Source: an uncultured Candidatus Rokubacteria bacterium (GTDB lineage: Bacteria; Methylomirabilota; Methylomirabilia; Rokubacteriales; CSP1-6). Taken from it: a stretch of DNA of 64,000 nt. Positions 9,167 through 17,314 of the stretch are shown here, one piece after another. Position 1 is the first letter of the stretch. Each line of letters starts with the position of its first letter. The position numbers and the translations under genes are program-made. The notes below the pieces were generated by a model that did not search any database, had not been told where the DNA came from, and worked only from the letters and a program-made list of their open reading frames with translations. Location of the stretch: contig CAVWFS010000008.1 in NCBI GenBank assembly GCA_963754315.1, forward strand, positions 396,289 through 460,288, written 5' to 3'.

Positions 9167-10198
9167 CTAGGGCAATTCCGACCGGACGACACGCGCGGCG
9201 GCGCTGAGCGCGCAGAGTTTGCCGAACGCGGTGTCGCGCGGGAGATACTTCATTCCGCAATCGGGGGCCAGTACGAGCCGTTCCGGCGTCACATGGCCGA
9301 ATGCGGCCCGGACCCGCGCTGCCACCTGCTCCGCGGTTTCCACACTGGGGTCGCCGAGGTCGATCACCCCGAGGATGATCGTCTTGGAGGAGAGATCCGC
9401 CAGGACCCCCAGGTCCAGCCGCGGCTGGGCGGCCTCGATCGAGATCTGCTCGGCGACGGTATCCGCGAGTTGTGACAGGAAGGAGTAGCCGGTTGGCTTT
9501 TGCTGGCGGACGACGGCGGCGTATCCGAAGCACAGGTGCAGCGCGCGGGGGACGGTGATCCCCCTCAAGGCCCGATTGATTGCGGCCACGGCGTACCGCT
9601 GGGCCGCCTCCGGGTCGTTGCGGAGCCACGGCTCGTCGAGCTGAATGACGTCGGCTCCCGCGGCCTGCAGATCGTGCGCCTCCGCGTTGACGGCCGCCGC
9701 AAAGTCCATGGCCATCTCCTCGGGATCGCGATAGAACTCGTTTTGCGCCTGCTGGGCCAACGTGAACGGCCCGGGCAGGGTGATCTTGGCCAGGCGCTCC
9801 GTCTGACGACGGAGAAACTCCATATCCCTGACCTCGACCGGATGCGCTCGCCGGATCCGGCCGACCACACGTGGCACGACGATCTCCTGTCCGGGCCGGT
9901 TCCGGATCAAGCCTGGATTGTCCTCCTCGACGCCGTCCAGCGCTGTCGCGAAGCGATTCGAGTAGCTCTCTCGACGGATCTCGCCGTCGGTGATGATGTC
10001 GATCCCGGCGCGCTCCATCTCGCGGATGGCGAGGACGGTGGCGTCGTCCTGTGCTTGCTCCAGCAGGGGCTCGGGAATTCGCCACATGCCCCGCTGGCGG
10101 ACGCGGGGAACGCCCTTGGACAGCATCTGCCGATCGACCAGCCAGTCGGGCTGGGGATAGCTTCCGACCACCGTGGTCGCCAGTATCGGGTGTGCCAT
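9167..10198 (-). CDS. Cobalamin-independent methionine synthase-like protein (catalytic domain only)
   Basis: TTVVGSYPQP, TDGEIRRESY, IQLDEP, Zn ligands HLC...E...PDCG. No N-terminal folate-binding barrel. Confidence 0.85.
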   Translation of the reverse strand: MAHPILATTVVGSYPQPDWLVDRQMLSKGVPRVRQRGMWRIPEPLLEQAQDDATVLAIREMERAGIDIITDGEIRRESYSNRFATALDGVEEDNPGLIRNRPGQEIVVPRVVGRIRRAHPVEVRDMEFLRRQTERLAKITLPGPFTLAQQAQNEFYRDPEEMAMDFAAAVNAEAHDLQAAGADVIQLDEPWLRNDPEAAQRYAVAAINRALRGITVPRALHLCFGYAAVVRQQKPTGYSFLSQLADTVAEQISIEAAQPRLDLGVLADLSSKTIILGVIDLGDPSVETAEQVAARVRAAFGHVTPERLVLAPDCGMKYLPRDTAFGKLCALSAAARVVRSELP

Positions 10199-10209
10199 GT
10201 TTCTCCCTT

Positions 10210-11478
10210 TCAGACTTGCTGGGGCACGGACGTGCCGGGTGGAGGCACGGAGTTTCGTTGCCATATGCTAGCGCGCCACTTGATTCCGATGAGGAGCGTG
10301 AAGATCAGGCCGACGGCTGCGGAAGCGCTGATGGTCAACGGATAGCCAATGCGTTCGATGAGGGCGCCCGATGCCATCAGCCCGAGGGGCAACCCGTAGA
10401 CGGCGAGCGTCCGGACGCCCATGACGCGGGCGCGAAAGCCGTCGCCGGCGGCGGCGAGCAGGGTCGAGGCCATGGAGATCATGGCCACGTTCTGGACGAA
10501 GCCGGCGGCCAGGAGCACGAGGAGCCCGCCGTGCATGCTCTGCACGTGACCGAACCCGAGCAGGAGGGCATACCAGATCGCGGTGTGGAGAAGGGTAGAG
10601 CGTTCCGGGCGCCGTGGTCCCCCCGACATGACCATCGTGAGCGAGCCCAGGAGGCCACCGAATGAGAAGCTGGCGACCAGCCATCCGAGGCCCGTCGCGT
10701 CGACCTCGTACACGCGCTTGGCGACATAGGGCAGCAGACCCCCGGACGCCGGGTAGGCCGTCAGGTTGATCAGAAAGGCCAGCCACATGAAAGCCAGCAG
10801 CTGGGGCGTCTTTACGACGTGAGCGAGACCCTCTCGAAGCTCGTGCCATCGCGACGGACGCGGCACGTTGACGGTGAGATGCCCCGCGAAGACGAGCGGG
10901 GCCGCAGGTCGGCGCGCCACCCCCAGGGTCAGCGCGAGGCTGGCGGCGTAGAGGCTCGTCACGACCGCGTAGGCGGGCCCGATGCCGAGCACAGTGGAAA
11001 GTCCGGCCCCGGCGAGGGCTCCCGCCACGCGGGCGGAGTCCGCGGTGGCGCGGGACAGCCCGAGGGCGCCGAGCAGATGAGCGGAGGGGATCGTCTCGCC
11101 GATCAGCGCGTTGCGCATCACGAGGTCGTTGGGGCGGACGAGGCCACCGAGGGCAGCGGCGACGAAGACCCAGGTGGTGGTCAGCATCCCGGTCAGGGCT
11201 AGTACCATCGTCAAGGCAGCGAGGAGGATGTGGGCGGCACGCGTCGCACATAGCATGATCCGGCCGCCGAGCTGATCGCCCAGCACGCCGAACATCGGCG
11301 CGGCGAGCGTGCCGAAAAACTGGAGCGCGCCAAACGCGGTGAGGAGCAGGACGGAGCCGGTATTGACCATGACGTACCAGGCCAGGATGAGGGTTTCCAT
11401 CTCGGAGGCCCACGACGTGAGGAGGTCGGCCGGCCACTGGAAGCGAAAGCTGCGGACCCGAAAGGCGGCGAGGATCAA
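10210..11478 (-). CDS. MFS transporter
   Basis: About 12 hydrophobic segments, GVLGDQLGGR motif-A variant, FRARVMG. Confidence 0.88.
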   Translation of the reverse strand: MILAAFRVRSFRFQWPADLLTSWASEMETLILAWYVMVNTGSVLLLTAFGALQFFGTLAAPMFGVLGDQLGGRIMLCATRAAHILLAALTMVLALTGMLTTTWVFVAAALGGLVRPNDLVMRNALIGETIPSAHLLGALGLSRATADSARVAGALAGAGLSTVLGIGPAYAVVTSLYAASLALTLGVARRPAAPLVFAGHLTVNVPRPSRWHELREGLAHVVKTPQLLAFMWLAFLINLTAYPASGGLLPYVAKRVYEVDATGLGWLVASFSFGGLLGSLTMVMSGGPRRPERSTLLHTAIWYALLLGFGHVQSMHGGLLVLLAAGFVQNVAMISMASTLLAAAGDGFRARVMGVRTLAVYGLPLGLMASGALIERIGYPLTISASAAVGLIFTLLIGIKWRASIWQRNSVPPPGTSVPQQV

Positions 11479-11496
11479 CGCAAGCGGCGAGACCCT

Positions 11497-12516
11497 CTAC
11501 CCGGCCGGTACGGCCTGCGGCAGGTTCAGCAGCGACTCCAGATTGCGCCAGAGGATCTTCTCTTTCTCGTCCGCGGTCAGGGTCGTGAGGCTCTGGACCC
11601 AGGTCACGGGCGAGGGGTGCCACGGCACGAAGGGCCAATCGCTGCCGAGCACGACCCGGTCGGCGCCCACCTGATCGAGCAGAAAGCGGAGGGCAGCCTC
11701 GCTGCCGGTCACGCAGTCGTAATAGAGGCGACGCTGGTACGTGCTCGGCGGCTGCTGGATGCCGCCCCGAGCCTCGGGGCGGCCCTGCCAGCCCCGGTCG
11801 ATGCGTCCCATGGCGAAGCAGGCCGGGCCCCCACCATGAGCGATGCACACCTTGAGGCCGGGACAGGCCTCGAGGATGCCGCCGAAGATCAAGATGGCCA
11901 CGACGATCGCGTCCTCGACGATGACACCGAGGCTATTGAAGAGTCCATAGCGAGTAGTGCGCTGCATCATGAAGTTGTGCTGTGGCTGTGGGTGAAAGAA
12001 CAGCACGGCCCCCATGGCCTCCGCCGCCTTGAACAGGGGGAGGTACTTCGGCTCATCCCAGTTCTCGCCGTTGACCACCGTGTCCAGCTCGGCGCCCTTC
12101 AGGCCGAGCACGGTCACCGCGCGCTCCAGCTCATCGATGGCCCTCGTGACATCCTGGACGGGCAAGGTGGCCAGGCCCGCGAAGCGCTGGGGCCACTGCC
12201 GAGCCATGGCCGCGATCTCGTCGTTCACCTCCCGCGCCAGAGCCTGTCCCTGGGCCGGGTCGAGGTGGTAGCCGAAGAACGGTGTGTGGATGGAGACCAC
12301 TTGGACGTCCACTCCCTGGGTGTCCATGTCCTTCAATCGCTCTTCTGGGGTGAAGCGCACTTTGGGGGAGGTGAAGCTCGTACGCTTGCCGCCTCCTACC
12401 ATGGTGCCGATACCATCACCGGGTTCGTGATGAAAGCCGTACCAATGGCGGCCGGCGTCGGCGGCCTGCCACAAGGACTTCGGCACGAGGTGAGCATGGA
12501 TGTCGATGGTCCTCAT
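11497..12516 (-). CDS. Amidohydrolase-2 family protein (ACMSD/decarboxylase-like)
   Basis: IDIHAH, RFAGLATLP, FFHP, AHGGG, VVLGSDWPF. Confidence 0.9.
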   Translation of the reverse strand: MRTIDIHAHLVPKSLWQAADAGRHWYGFHHEPGDGIGTMVGGGKRTSFTSPKVRFTPEERLKDMDTQGVDVQVVSIHTPFFGYHLDPAQGQALAREVNDEIAAMARQWPQRFAGLATLPVQDVTRAIDELERAVTVLGLKGAELDTVVNGENWDEPKYLPLFKAAEAMGAVLFFHPQPQHNFMMQRTTRYGLFNSLGVIVEDAIVVAILIFGGILEACPGLKVCIAHGGGPACFAMGRIDRGWQGRPEARGGIQQPPSTYQRRLYYDCVTGSEAALRFLLDQVGADRVVLGSDWPFVPWHPSPVTWVQSLTTLTADEKEKILWRNLESLLNLPQAVPAG

Positions 12517-12530
12517 GGGCTCCTCGCGGA

Positions 12531-12968
12531 TTATTTCTTGAAGAGGTCGTCGAAGCCGCGGCGGATGTCACCGGGCCGGGTGGAATCAGGCGACGCGTCT
12601 CGCTCGATCGTGACCCGGAGCGAGAACGAGCCGCACTCGTTGCGAACGTTCTTGTCCGCTACCCGCTCCGGGATGGGCTGCCCGCATTCGAAGCGCTGAC
12701 CCGGATCGAAGTGGCCGCACTGACGGCAGGCGTGGAGATCGGCGCGACAGTGCGGGCACTGCTCGAGTGACGCGATCGCAATGGGCAGAACCGCGCCGCA
12801 TGCGCCACAGCGGGAAACGGTTCGCTTGGCGAGCATCCCGCCGGTGCGCGGCCCGTCGGGTGGGGATGGTGAAGGTCTGCGCGGCCCGTCGGGTGGGGAT
12901 GGTGAAGGTCTGCGCGGCCCGGCATCCTGGCTCCGGTATCCCTGGTGACGATACTTTCGGTCGGCCAT
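12531..12968 (-). CDS. Cys-rich (putative Zn/Fe-binding) hypothetical protein
   Basis: CGAC, CPHC, CRQC plus two further Cys; C-terminal FDDLFKK; GGGAGAAGGAG RBS upstream. Confidence 0.75.
   Translation of the reverse strand: MADRKYRHQGYRSQDAGPRRPSPSPPDGPRRPSPSPPDGPRTGGMLAKRTVSRCGACGAVLPIAIASLEQCPHCRADLHACRQCGHFDPGQRFECGQPIPERVADKNVRNECGSFSLRVTIERDASPDSTRPGDIRRGFDDLFKK
12845..12921. repeat. Perfect 33-bp tandem duplication (2.3 copies) inside the Cys-rich gene
   Basis: TGCGCGGCCCGTCGGGTGGGGATGGTGAAGGTC at 12845 and 12878, partial copy at 12911; encodes PRRPSPSPPDG twice. Confidence 0.95.
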
Positions 12969-13032
12969 TGGACGTGACTCCTTCTCCCGTGCTCAGCTGA
13001 TGCGATGAAGCGGGGCAGGGAGGCCCCTCATT

Positions 13033-13335
13033 TTATTCGGAGCCGCCCTTGACCTCGGCGATCTTGCGGTCGCGATCGCGGGCGAGACGCCCGAGGTCTT
13101 GGGTGAGCTCGGCGTTGAGCTTGGCGACCTCCTCCGCACCCCGGGCCTTGTGCAGCGCATCGCGGTGCAGGATCTCTCGCTCGGCAACCTTGGATTCATA
13201 CACCTTGCGCACCTCGGCGATAGCCGCCTTCTGCTCGGTGCTGAGGGGGCGCTCCACGACACCCTCTTCGCGGTCCTTCTGGCGCAGGCGCTCCATGGCC
13301 AGCTCGAAGGCGCTCTTCGGACCGTCGCTTGCCAT
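13033..13335 (-). CDS. Small helical/coiled-coil hypothetical protein
   Basis: 100 aa, KSAFELAMERL N-terminus, highly charged helical composition, GAGG RBS, good GC3 bias. Confidence 0.75.
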   Translation of the reverse strand: MASDGPKSAFELAMERLRQKDREEGVVERPLSTEQKAAIAEVRKVYESKVAEREILHRDALHKARGAEEVAKLNAELTQDLGRLARDRDRKIAEVKGGSE

Positions 13336-13424
13336 TGTCGATCACCTCGCTTTCCTGTAAGTGTAGCGCGACAGTCGGGGCGCCTGGATACAATGGCGTC
13401 CGCCCCACGCCAAGGAGGCGAGAC

Positions 13425-13901
13425 ATGGCACTGCACGTGCGGCGGGTGATCACGGGCCACGATTCTTCCGGCCGGGCCATCGTCAAGATCGACGAGGTCT
13501 CCCAGAACGTCTTCTCGGGGCGACCAGGGGCGACGGCGTGCAACATCTGGACGACCGAGGGCTTTCCCGCCAATAACGACGGGGCTTCCGACGAGGGCCT
13601 GCGCAAGGTCGGGACCACCTTGAAGAACGGAACGATCTTTCGGGTCATCGAGTTCGCGCCCGGCCTGGCCGCCCGCAATCACCGCACCGACTCCATCGAC
13701 TATATCGTCGTCATCTCCGGCGAGATCGACATGGAGCTGGACGACTCCGTGGTCCACCTCAAGGCCGGGGACGTCATGGTTCAGCGAGGCACGATCCACA
13801 ACTGGGTCAATCGGGGAACCGCACCGTGCGTGCTCGCGGTCATCCTTGTGGACGCCAAGTCGGTCGAGGTCGGAGGCAAGGTCCTGCACGCGGAGGGCTA
13901 G
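13425..13901 (+). CDS. Cupin domain protein
   Basis: VRRVITGHD, HRTDSIDY, LKAGDVMVQRGTIHNWVN; AAGGAGG RBS. Confidence 0.9.
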   Translation: MALHVRRVITGHDSSGRAIVKIDEVSQNVFSGRPGATACNIWTTEGFPANNDGASDEGLRKVGTTLKNGTIFRVIEFAPGLAARNHRTDSIDYIVVISGEIDMELDDSVVHLKAGDVMVQRGTIHNWVNRGTAPCVLAVILVDAKSVEVGGKVLHAEG

Positions 13902-13926
13902 ACCCTCGAGGGAGAAGGAGACCACT

Positions 13927-15558
13927 ATGGGCCGAGGAATCGATCGTCGGACATTTCTGAAGACGGCAGCGACGACGGCGGTCGCGGCCGCGGGGGGACC
14001 GCTCGTGGTGGGCACCCGGGCCGTCGCCTCGAACGATCGCTTGGTGGTGGCGGTCGGCAGCTGGGGCACGGAAACGCCGTTTGCCTGGCGTACCGTGCAG
14101 GCCGAGAAGCCCCTGTGGGATTGTATGTATGATTCGCTCATCACGCGCGAGGCGAAGACCTTCGAATACCGCCCCGGCCTGGCCACCGAGTGGAAGCCGT
14201 CGAACGAGATGCGGACCTGGACGTTCAAGCTCCGTCCCGGGGTGAAGTTCCATGAAGGGTGGGGCGAGATGACGGCCGAGGACGTCAAGTTCACGGTCGA
14301 ACAGAACATCAAGCCCGACGCCGGCGGCGGCTCGGCCCCGTTCTTTCGCGGCCAGCTCGACCGGATCGAGACACCCGACAAGCTCACCGTGGTGATGCAC
14401 TTCAAGAATCGCGTGTGGGAGGCGCCCTCCAACTTCACCCAGTTCGTCGGCTACCAGAACATCACCTCCAAGAAGTATCTGGAATCGGTGGGTGAGCAGA
14501 AGGCAGCGCTGCATCCCATCGGCACTGGTCCCTACCGCCACGTGGAAGGTCGGCAGGGCGACTACCACCGGTTCGAGGCGGTCCCGAATCACTGGCGGAA
14601 GACCCCTGCGTTCAAGGAGTTGGTGATCCGACGTGTCCCTGATCCGGCCACGCGTCTATCCGGACTCCGCGCGGGCGAGATCGACATCGGGCAAGTATTT
14701 GGCGACTACCTCGAACAGGCTCGGAAGGCAGGACTCCGCATCCACCCGGTTGCGAACTCTGCCTGCAACTGGGTCATCCTGTCGGGCCAGACCACGCCGG
14801 ACCGCGACGACTACTGCCCGACCTGCCCCTGGGCCGGCGACCCGAACGACAAGAAGAGTCTCGAGAACGCGCGCAAAGTCCGGCTCGCCATGAACCTGGC
14901 CGTGAACAAGAAGGCCATCATCAGCGGGCTCTGGAAGGGGATGGGCACGGAGACGCCCTTCTCGTACTACTACTATCCATTCCACAAGGGCTACAGCGCC
15001 GACTGGAAGATTCCGCCCTACGATCCCGAGCGGGCCAAGAAGCTGCTGGCCGAGGCGGGCCAGTCGGGCGGGTTCGAGGTTCGCGTGAATCCCATGGTCA
15101 TGGTCTACGCGGCCGATGGGCCCGACATCATGGAGGCGGTCGCCCTCGATTGGGAGAAGGTCGGGATCAAGTCGAAGCGGTTCCCGGAGATGACCAGCAC
15201 CTTCGGCCCCAAGTCCCGTCTGCGCAAGACCAACAAGACACACTGGGTCTATGGCTCGCCGCCGTTCGACGAGCCCATCCTCGCCTGGAGCCGCGTGCTG
15301 CATTCCAAGGGCGCCTTCAACCTGCTCTGCGACGGCCCGTACGACGAGGACATCGAGACCGCCATGGCAGAGCTCGATGTCGAGAAGCGGGCGGGACTGA
15401 GCCGAGCGCTGGGACAGAAGCTCTACGACGACTATCGCGGCGTCATGCTGGGAGTCCGATCGATCACGTGGGCGACGAGCCGCAAGGTGGGCAGCTGGCA
15501 AACGCTTGCCTTCGTCCCGCTCGAAACCAACTACGAGTACGTGAGCCCCGCCAGCTAG
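13927..15558 (+). CDS. ABC transporter substrate-binding protein (family 5), Tat-exported
   Basis: Tat motif DRRTFLK, PGLATEW, LRPGVKFH, TAEDVKFT, PIGTGPY, YDPERAKKLLAEAG. Confidence 0.92.
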   Translation: MGRGIDRRTFLKTAATTAVAAAGGPLVVGTRAVASNDRLVVAVGSWGTETPFAWRTVQAEKPLWDCMYDSLITREAKTFEYRPGLATEWKPSNEMRTWTFKLRPGVKFHEGWGEMTAEDVKFTVEQNIKPDAGGGSAPFFRGQLDRIETPDKLTVVMHFKNRVWEAPSNFTQFVGYQNITSKKYLESVGEQKAALHPIGTGPYRHVEGRQGDYHRFEAVPNHWRKTPAFKELVIRRVPDPATRLSGLRAGEIDIGQVFGDYLEQARKAGLRIHPVANSACNWVILSGQTTPDRDDYCPTCPWAGDPNDKKSLENARKVRLAMNLAVNKKAIISGLWKGMGTETPFSYYYYPFHKGYSADWKIPPYDPERAKKLLAEAGQSGGFEVRVNPMVMVYAADGPDIMEAVALDWEKVGIKSKRFPEMTSTFGPKSRLRKTNKTHWVYGSPPFDEPILAWSRVLHSKGAFNLLCDGPYDEDIETAMAELDVEKRAGLSRALGQKLYDDYRGVMLGVRSITWATSRKVGSWQTLAFVPLETNYEYVSPAS

Positions 15559-15565
15559 TCATCCA

Positions 15566-15740
15566 GCACGCACGGATGATCGAGGGGCGCCACGGGTTCC
15601 CGGGGCGTCCCGAGCGCTGGGGGTATGGGGGGCCATGGCGGGGCCCCCGGATGGGCACGCACGGATGATCGAGGGGCGCCACGGGTTTCCCGGGGCGTCC
15701 CGAGCGCTGGGGGGTATGGGGGGCCATGGCGGGGCCCCCC
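15566..15740. repeat. Tandem pair (period 89 bp) of a two-hairpin intergenic repeat element
   Basis: GCACGCACGGATGATCGAGGGGCGCCACGGGTT(T)CCCGGGGCGTCCCGAGCGCTGGGGG(G)TATGGGGGGCCATGGCGGGGCCCCC at 15566 and 15655, between convergent stop codons. Confidence 0.95.
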
Positions 15741-15754
15741 ATGATAACGACACA

Positions 15755-17299
15755 CTAATTCCGCTTCAGGCGCAGATCCTCCAGAGGGCCGGAGTACGCG
15801 AAGCTGCGGATCAGGTTGACACCCGGTTCCTCGACGCGGGGCCCGACCCCCCAGATGAAGGCCAGCTCGTAGATGGGAATCTGGGTCACCCGATCGTGGA
15901 GGATCTGCTGGATCTGGCCGAGCAGGGCCTCGCGCTTCTTCACGTCCGTCTCCCGGGCCTGGCGCTGGAAGAGGTCTTCGACGTCGGGCATGACGCCTGC
16001 GGTGTAGATGCCGTTCCGGCTGACGTAGGCCTCGAGGCGCGTGGCCGCGTTGCCGCCGGCGCCGGTGATGCCGACGATGACGTTCTTGAGCTTGCGCTCG
16101 CGCCACGCCGTCGTCATCGCCGCGCGCTCCATGATGCGGATCTTCGTCCGAATTCCGACTGCCCCCAGGTAGGTGGCCAGCGCCTCGCCCATCGAGTTGT
16201 AGGGCGGCCACGGGTAGAAGTCACCGGCATCGAACCCGTTGGGGAAGCCCGCCTCGGCGAGCAGCCGCTTGGCCTTCGCGGGATCGAAAGGATCCGGCTC
16301 GAAGATGCGCGAGAACTCGAGCGCGCGCGGGATCAGCGAGCCGGTCGGCTTCGAGAAGCCGAGCGTCTCGGCCTGGTTGAGCGCGTGCCGGTCGAGGGAC
16401 AAACTGGCGGCCTGACGCACGCGGCGGTCATGCCAGGGGGACTTCGGGTCCCACTGGTCAGGCAGATCGAGCCAGAACACGGCGGGGGATTCCTTGGGCG
16501 CCACCAGCTTGAAGCCCGGCGTTCGCTGGATGTCCTCGGCGACGGGGCCGGTGAGCAGATAGGCGATATCCACCTCGCCCTTCTTGAGCGCAGCCGCCCG
16601 CGTGGTCTCTTCCGGCATGCTCCGGTAGACGAGTCGCTTGACGTTGGGGACCTTGCGCCAGTACCCCTCGAAAGCCTCCATCACCAGCTCGACCCCGGGA
16701 TTGAAGCTCACGAACTTGTAGGGCCCCGCGCCAATCGGGTGCTTCTTGAACCCGTCTTCTCCCACCTTCTCGACGTACGCCTTGGGCACCACCCACCCGG
16801 CGCCAGTGGCCGAGGTGCCGTAAAACGTCATGAAGTCCGGCCACGCCTCCTTCAGGTGAAAGCGCACCCGCCCGGCGTCCACCACCTGGACCTCGCGTAC
16901 GCGCTCCTTGAGGAGCTTCGCCCCCGAGCCCTTGTATCGCTCGAAGGAAAACTTGACGTCATCTGCTGTCACCGGATCGCCATTGTGGAACTTCACGCCC
17001 TTGCGCAGGACGAATTCGTAGGTGAGCCCGTCCTTGGACTGGGTCCACGACTCGGCCAGGCTCGCCGTGTTCGGGCCGGCGGGCAAGGGCTTCACCAGCG
17101 CATCGTGGAGCGCGTAGAGCACCATGAACGGGGTGATGATTCCTTCGGTTTCGGCGGGATCGAGCCAGCGGGAGGCCAAGGTGATGTGCACCCCCCACGT
17201 CATCGTTCCTTCCGGCGCGGCGAATGCCGCACCGGCGACACCCGACACCAGGGCAACCGCTACCAGCACGATCCCGACACCCGCGGTCACTCGCCTCAT
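15755..17299 (-). CDS. ABC transporter substrate-binding protein (family 5, DppA/NikA-like)
   Basis: Sec signal peptide, SLAESW, LRKGVKFHNGDPVTADDVKFS, PIGAGPY, DPAKAKRLLAEAG. Confidence 0.92.
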   Translation of the reverse strand: MRRVTAGVGIVLVAVALVSGVAGAAFAAPEGTMTWGVHITLASRWLDPAETEGIITPFMVLYALHDALVKPLPAGPNTASLAESWTQSKDGLTYEFVLRKGVKFHNGDPVTADDVKFSFERYKGSGAKLLKERVREVQVVDAGRVRFHLKEAWPDFMTFYGTSATGAGWVVPKAYVEKVGEDGFKKHPIGAGPYKFVSFNPGVELVMEAFEGYWRKVPNVKRLVYRSMPEETTRAAALKKGEVDIAYLLTGPVAEDIQRTPGFKLVAPKESPAVFWLDLPDQWDPKSPWHDRRVRQAASLSLDRHALNQAETLGFSKPTGSLIPRALEFSRIFEPDPFDPAKAKRLLAEAGFPNGFDAGDFYPWPPYNSMGEALATYLGAVGIRTKIRIMERAAMTTAWRERKLKNVIVGITGAGGNAATRLEAYVSRNGIYTAGVMPDVEDLFQRQARETDVKKREALLGQIQQILHDRVTQIPIYELAFIWGVGPRVEEPGVNLIRSFAYSGPLEDLRLKRN

Positions 17300-17314
17300 G
17301 CATTTCCTCCCGGA

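Noticed and set aside
15566-15740. CRISPR array
   Set aside because: Only two ~85-bp near-identical units with a few bases between them; no unique spacers and no cas genes.
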